Part shown: piece by piece, positions 32,527 to 33,718 of the stretch
Layout: each line of letters starts with the position of its first letter
How positions within the stretch are numbered: position 1 is the stretch's first letter
Virus record (IMG/VR): IMGVR_UViG_3300027744_000006
Span: 1-33,718 of that record
Length of the DNA: 33,718 bases
Origin: a virus
Lineage: Duplodnaviria; Caudoviricetes
Direction: 5' to 3' (one strand)
Translations under genes and position numbers: made by a program
Notes under the pieces: model-generated
The model's input: the letters and a program-made list of their open reading frames with translations, nothing else
The model's database searches: none
Told to the model about the DNA's origin: nothing

Positions 32527-32852
32527 TGGTGCGCCCTGTCTTGCATTCGGTTGGTGGCCTCTTTTGTTCGCCAAATCTCAATATCAAGCCTTGCCGCCTC
32601 AATTTCCCAGCGCAAGGTTTCTTCTTGTGCTATTGCCGCCGCCAACCCTTTCAGCAAGGTGTGATATTCGGGGTCAGCATAAGCCTCGCGTTCTTGGGCA
32701 TTTGCTGCCTCGTAGCCCATTTGCAGAGCATCTTTCATCAAAAGGGCTTTTTTAGACTTGCGGAATTCCTCAAGATACACCCGCTGGGCTTTGGCATCGC
32801 CATAGGCGCTAGCTTTAGCGCGAATGTCCTGGGCGGCTTCTTCTGGTTTCAT
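32523..32852 (-). CDS. Helical protein, UvsY-like (tentative)
   Basis: AKAQRVYLEEFRKS..AQEREAYADPEY...IWRT. Function is inferred from recalled resemblance only. Confidence 0.5.
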   Translation of the reverse strand: MKPEEAAQDIRAKASAYGDAKAQRVYLEEFRKSKKALLMKDALQMGYEAANAQEREAYADPEYHTLLKGLAAAIAQEETLRWEIEAARLDIEIWRTKEATNRMQDRAHQ

Positions 32853-33115
32853 TTCAAAACTCCAATCATTCTTAAAGCCCCATCAGGGCCGTCAATCCTT
32901 GCCAATGTACCTCCGCACCAACTTTCAAAAAAGTCGGCTTGTAGGGCCGTTAAACGCCTTTTGGGGCCATTTTTGACCTCGACCAGAAAGGTGTGCCCCT
33001 TGTAGCCAACCAAAAGGTCAACTGGTAGGCCAATGACCCAAACATCAGCGCCAGCGGCTTCCAATGCTGTGATGATTTGCTTTTGGTTGGCATCAACCCT
33101 AGCGGCATATCTCAT
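32849..33115 (-). CDS. VRR-NUC-like PD-(D/E)xK nuclease / resolvase
   Basis: RVDANQ..I..AL..G..PVDLLVG..FLVEVK..LTALQ..F..W. Confidence 0.85.
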   Translation of the reverse strand: MRYAARVDANQKQIITALEAAGADVWVIGLPVDLLVGYKGHTFLVEVKNGPKRRLTALQADFFESWCGGTLARIDGPDGALRMIGVLK

Positions 33116-33222
33116 TTTTTAAATCCAAACCAGCGCCGACCAATCTGGATGCCAAGGCCGTATCTTGGGAAAAACAAAACACCAAATCCAACGCTGTGCA
33201 TTTTTTGTACATCAATTTTCAT
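33112..33222 (-). CDS. 36-aa micro-protein (not in ORF track)
   Basis: MKIDVQKMHSVGFGVLFFPRYGLGIQIGRRWFGFKK. ATGA overlaps at both ends. Confidence 0.6.
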   Translation of the reverse strand: MKIDVQKMHSVGFGVLFFPRYGLGIQIGRRWFGFKK

Positions 33223-33449
33223 TTTGATCTTTCTTGGTTCATTCGGTTTCTGAGGTCGTTAGCAGCGGCTTCACCCCTGCGCCTGGAAATGTCGGCAATC
33301 GTGGTCTGCCACCAAGCTGATGCCTTGGTCTTGCCCAGTTCCTTGGTTTTCTGCTGGTATCTCAAAATCCATTCCCTGGCCTCGCTCTGGCGCATCTCCT
33401 GTAAGGAAAAGCGCATAGTCAATTGCGGTTCGGCTGATGGTTTGTCCAT
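33219..33449 (-). CDS. Hypothetical helical protein (overlaps next ORF in +1 frame)
   Basis: EAREW..RRRGEAAANDLR. Its stop is coupled to the downstream ATG. Start uncertain. Confidence 0.6.
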   Translation of the reverse strand: MDKPSAEPQLTMRFSLQEMRQSEAREWILRYQQKTKELGKTKASAWWQTTIADISRRRGEAAANDLRNRMNQERSK

Positions 33450-33492
33450 CTTTTGCCCTGTCTAGTAGTTTGTGTGCGTCAAAGTAGTTCAT
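33271..33492 (-). CDS. Hypothetical protein
   Basis: MNYFDAHKLLDRAKDG..IDYALFLTGD. TGATG-coupled to the upstream gene, SD GAGG. Confidence 0.6.
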   Translation of the reverse strand: MNYFDAHKLLDRAKDGQTISRTAIDYALFLTGDAPERGQGMDFEIPAENQGTGQDQGISLVADHDCRHFQAQG

Positions 33493-33718
33493 CAAAATGC
33501 CTCATCATCCATCCAATGTTTCACGGGCTTGGTGTTGGACAACAAGGCAGAAATGTCCTTTTTGGCGGGTTTACTCCCAGACCATTGGTGTTCGGAACAC
33601 ATTGGGCGCTGGCCTTCCATGTGAACTGACCAGCGTTTGGGGCATCCTGGCACACTGCACATCAGGCGCTGAACATCGTCTAGCGGGTCTTTTTTGGTGT
33701 CTGGTTTTACAAAGTTCA
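33492..33718 (-). CDS. 75-aa Cys/His zinc-finger-like protein spanning the circular junction (ATG at 128-126)
   Basis: MNFVKPDTKKDPLDDVQRLMCSVPGCPKRWSVHMEGQRPMCSEHQW...WMDDEAF. ATGA-coupled to the initiator stop. Confidence 0.78.
   Translation of the reverse strand, partial: NFVKPDTKKDPLDDVQRLMCSVPGCPKRWSVHMEGQRPMCSEHQWSGSKPAKKDISALLSNTKPVKHWMDDEAF
33592..33718. repeat. Terminal direct repeat, copy 2
   Basis: Identical to 1-127. Confidence 0.97.

Overview
The window is an apparently complete, circularly assembled genome of a P22-like (podovirus-type) dsDNA phage. Bases 1-127 repeat exactly at 33592-33718, giving a 33,591 bp circle. A divergent control region at about 1150-1266 drives two arms. 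The short rightward early arm (1267-5250) carries ERF, a YqaJ exonuclease, an SSB-like protein, a lipoprotein and many micro-ORFs. The long leftward arm runs: Cro-like regulator, YdaU/DUF1376 replication initiator with internal iterons, then across the circular junction to nin-like nucleases, an accessory cluster (Dps/ferritin-like, 4-Cys protein, GroES, small basic proteins, LPD23-like/HExxH metallopeptidase), terS, terL, HNH, portal, scaffold, coat, tail fibres and tailspike, gp4-like, HNH, gp10-like, cupin, three ejection proteins and the lysis genes. No integrase, CI repressor, polymerase, tRNA or CRISPR array was recognised. The most notable signals are: a three-way-junction/pseudoknot RNA leader ahead of the initiator, near-total CCGG avoidance, an RBS-sequestering hairpin on a homing endonuclease, a candidate antisense sRNA, leaderless promoters, and an apparent plug-and-socket modular tail fibre system. 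All family calls come from motif recognition by eye, not database searches.
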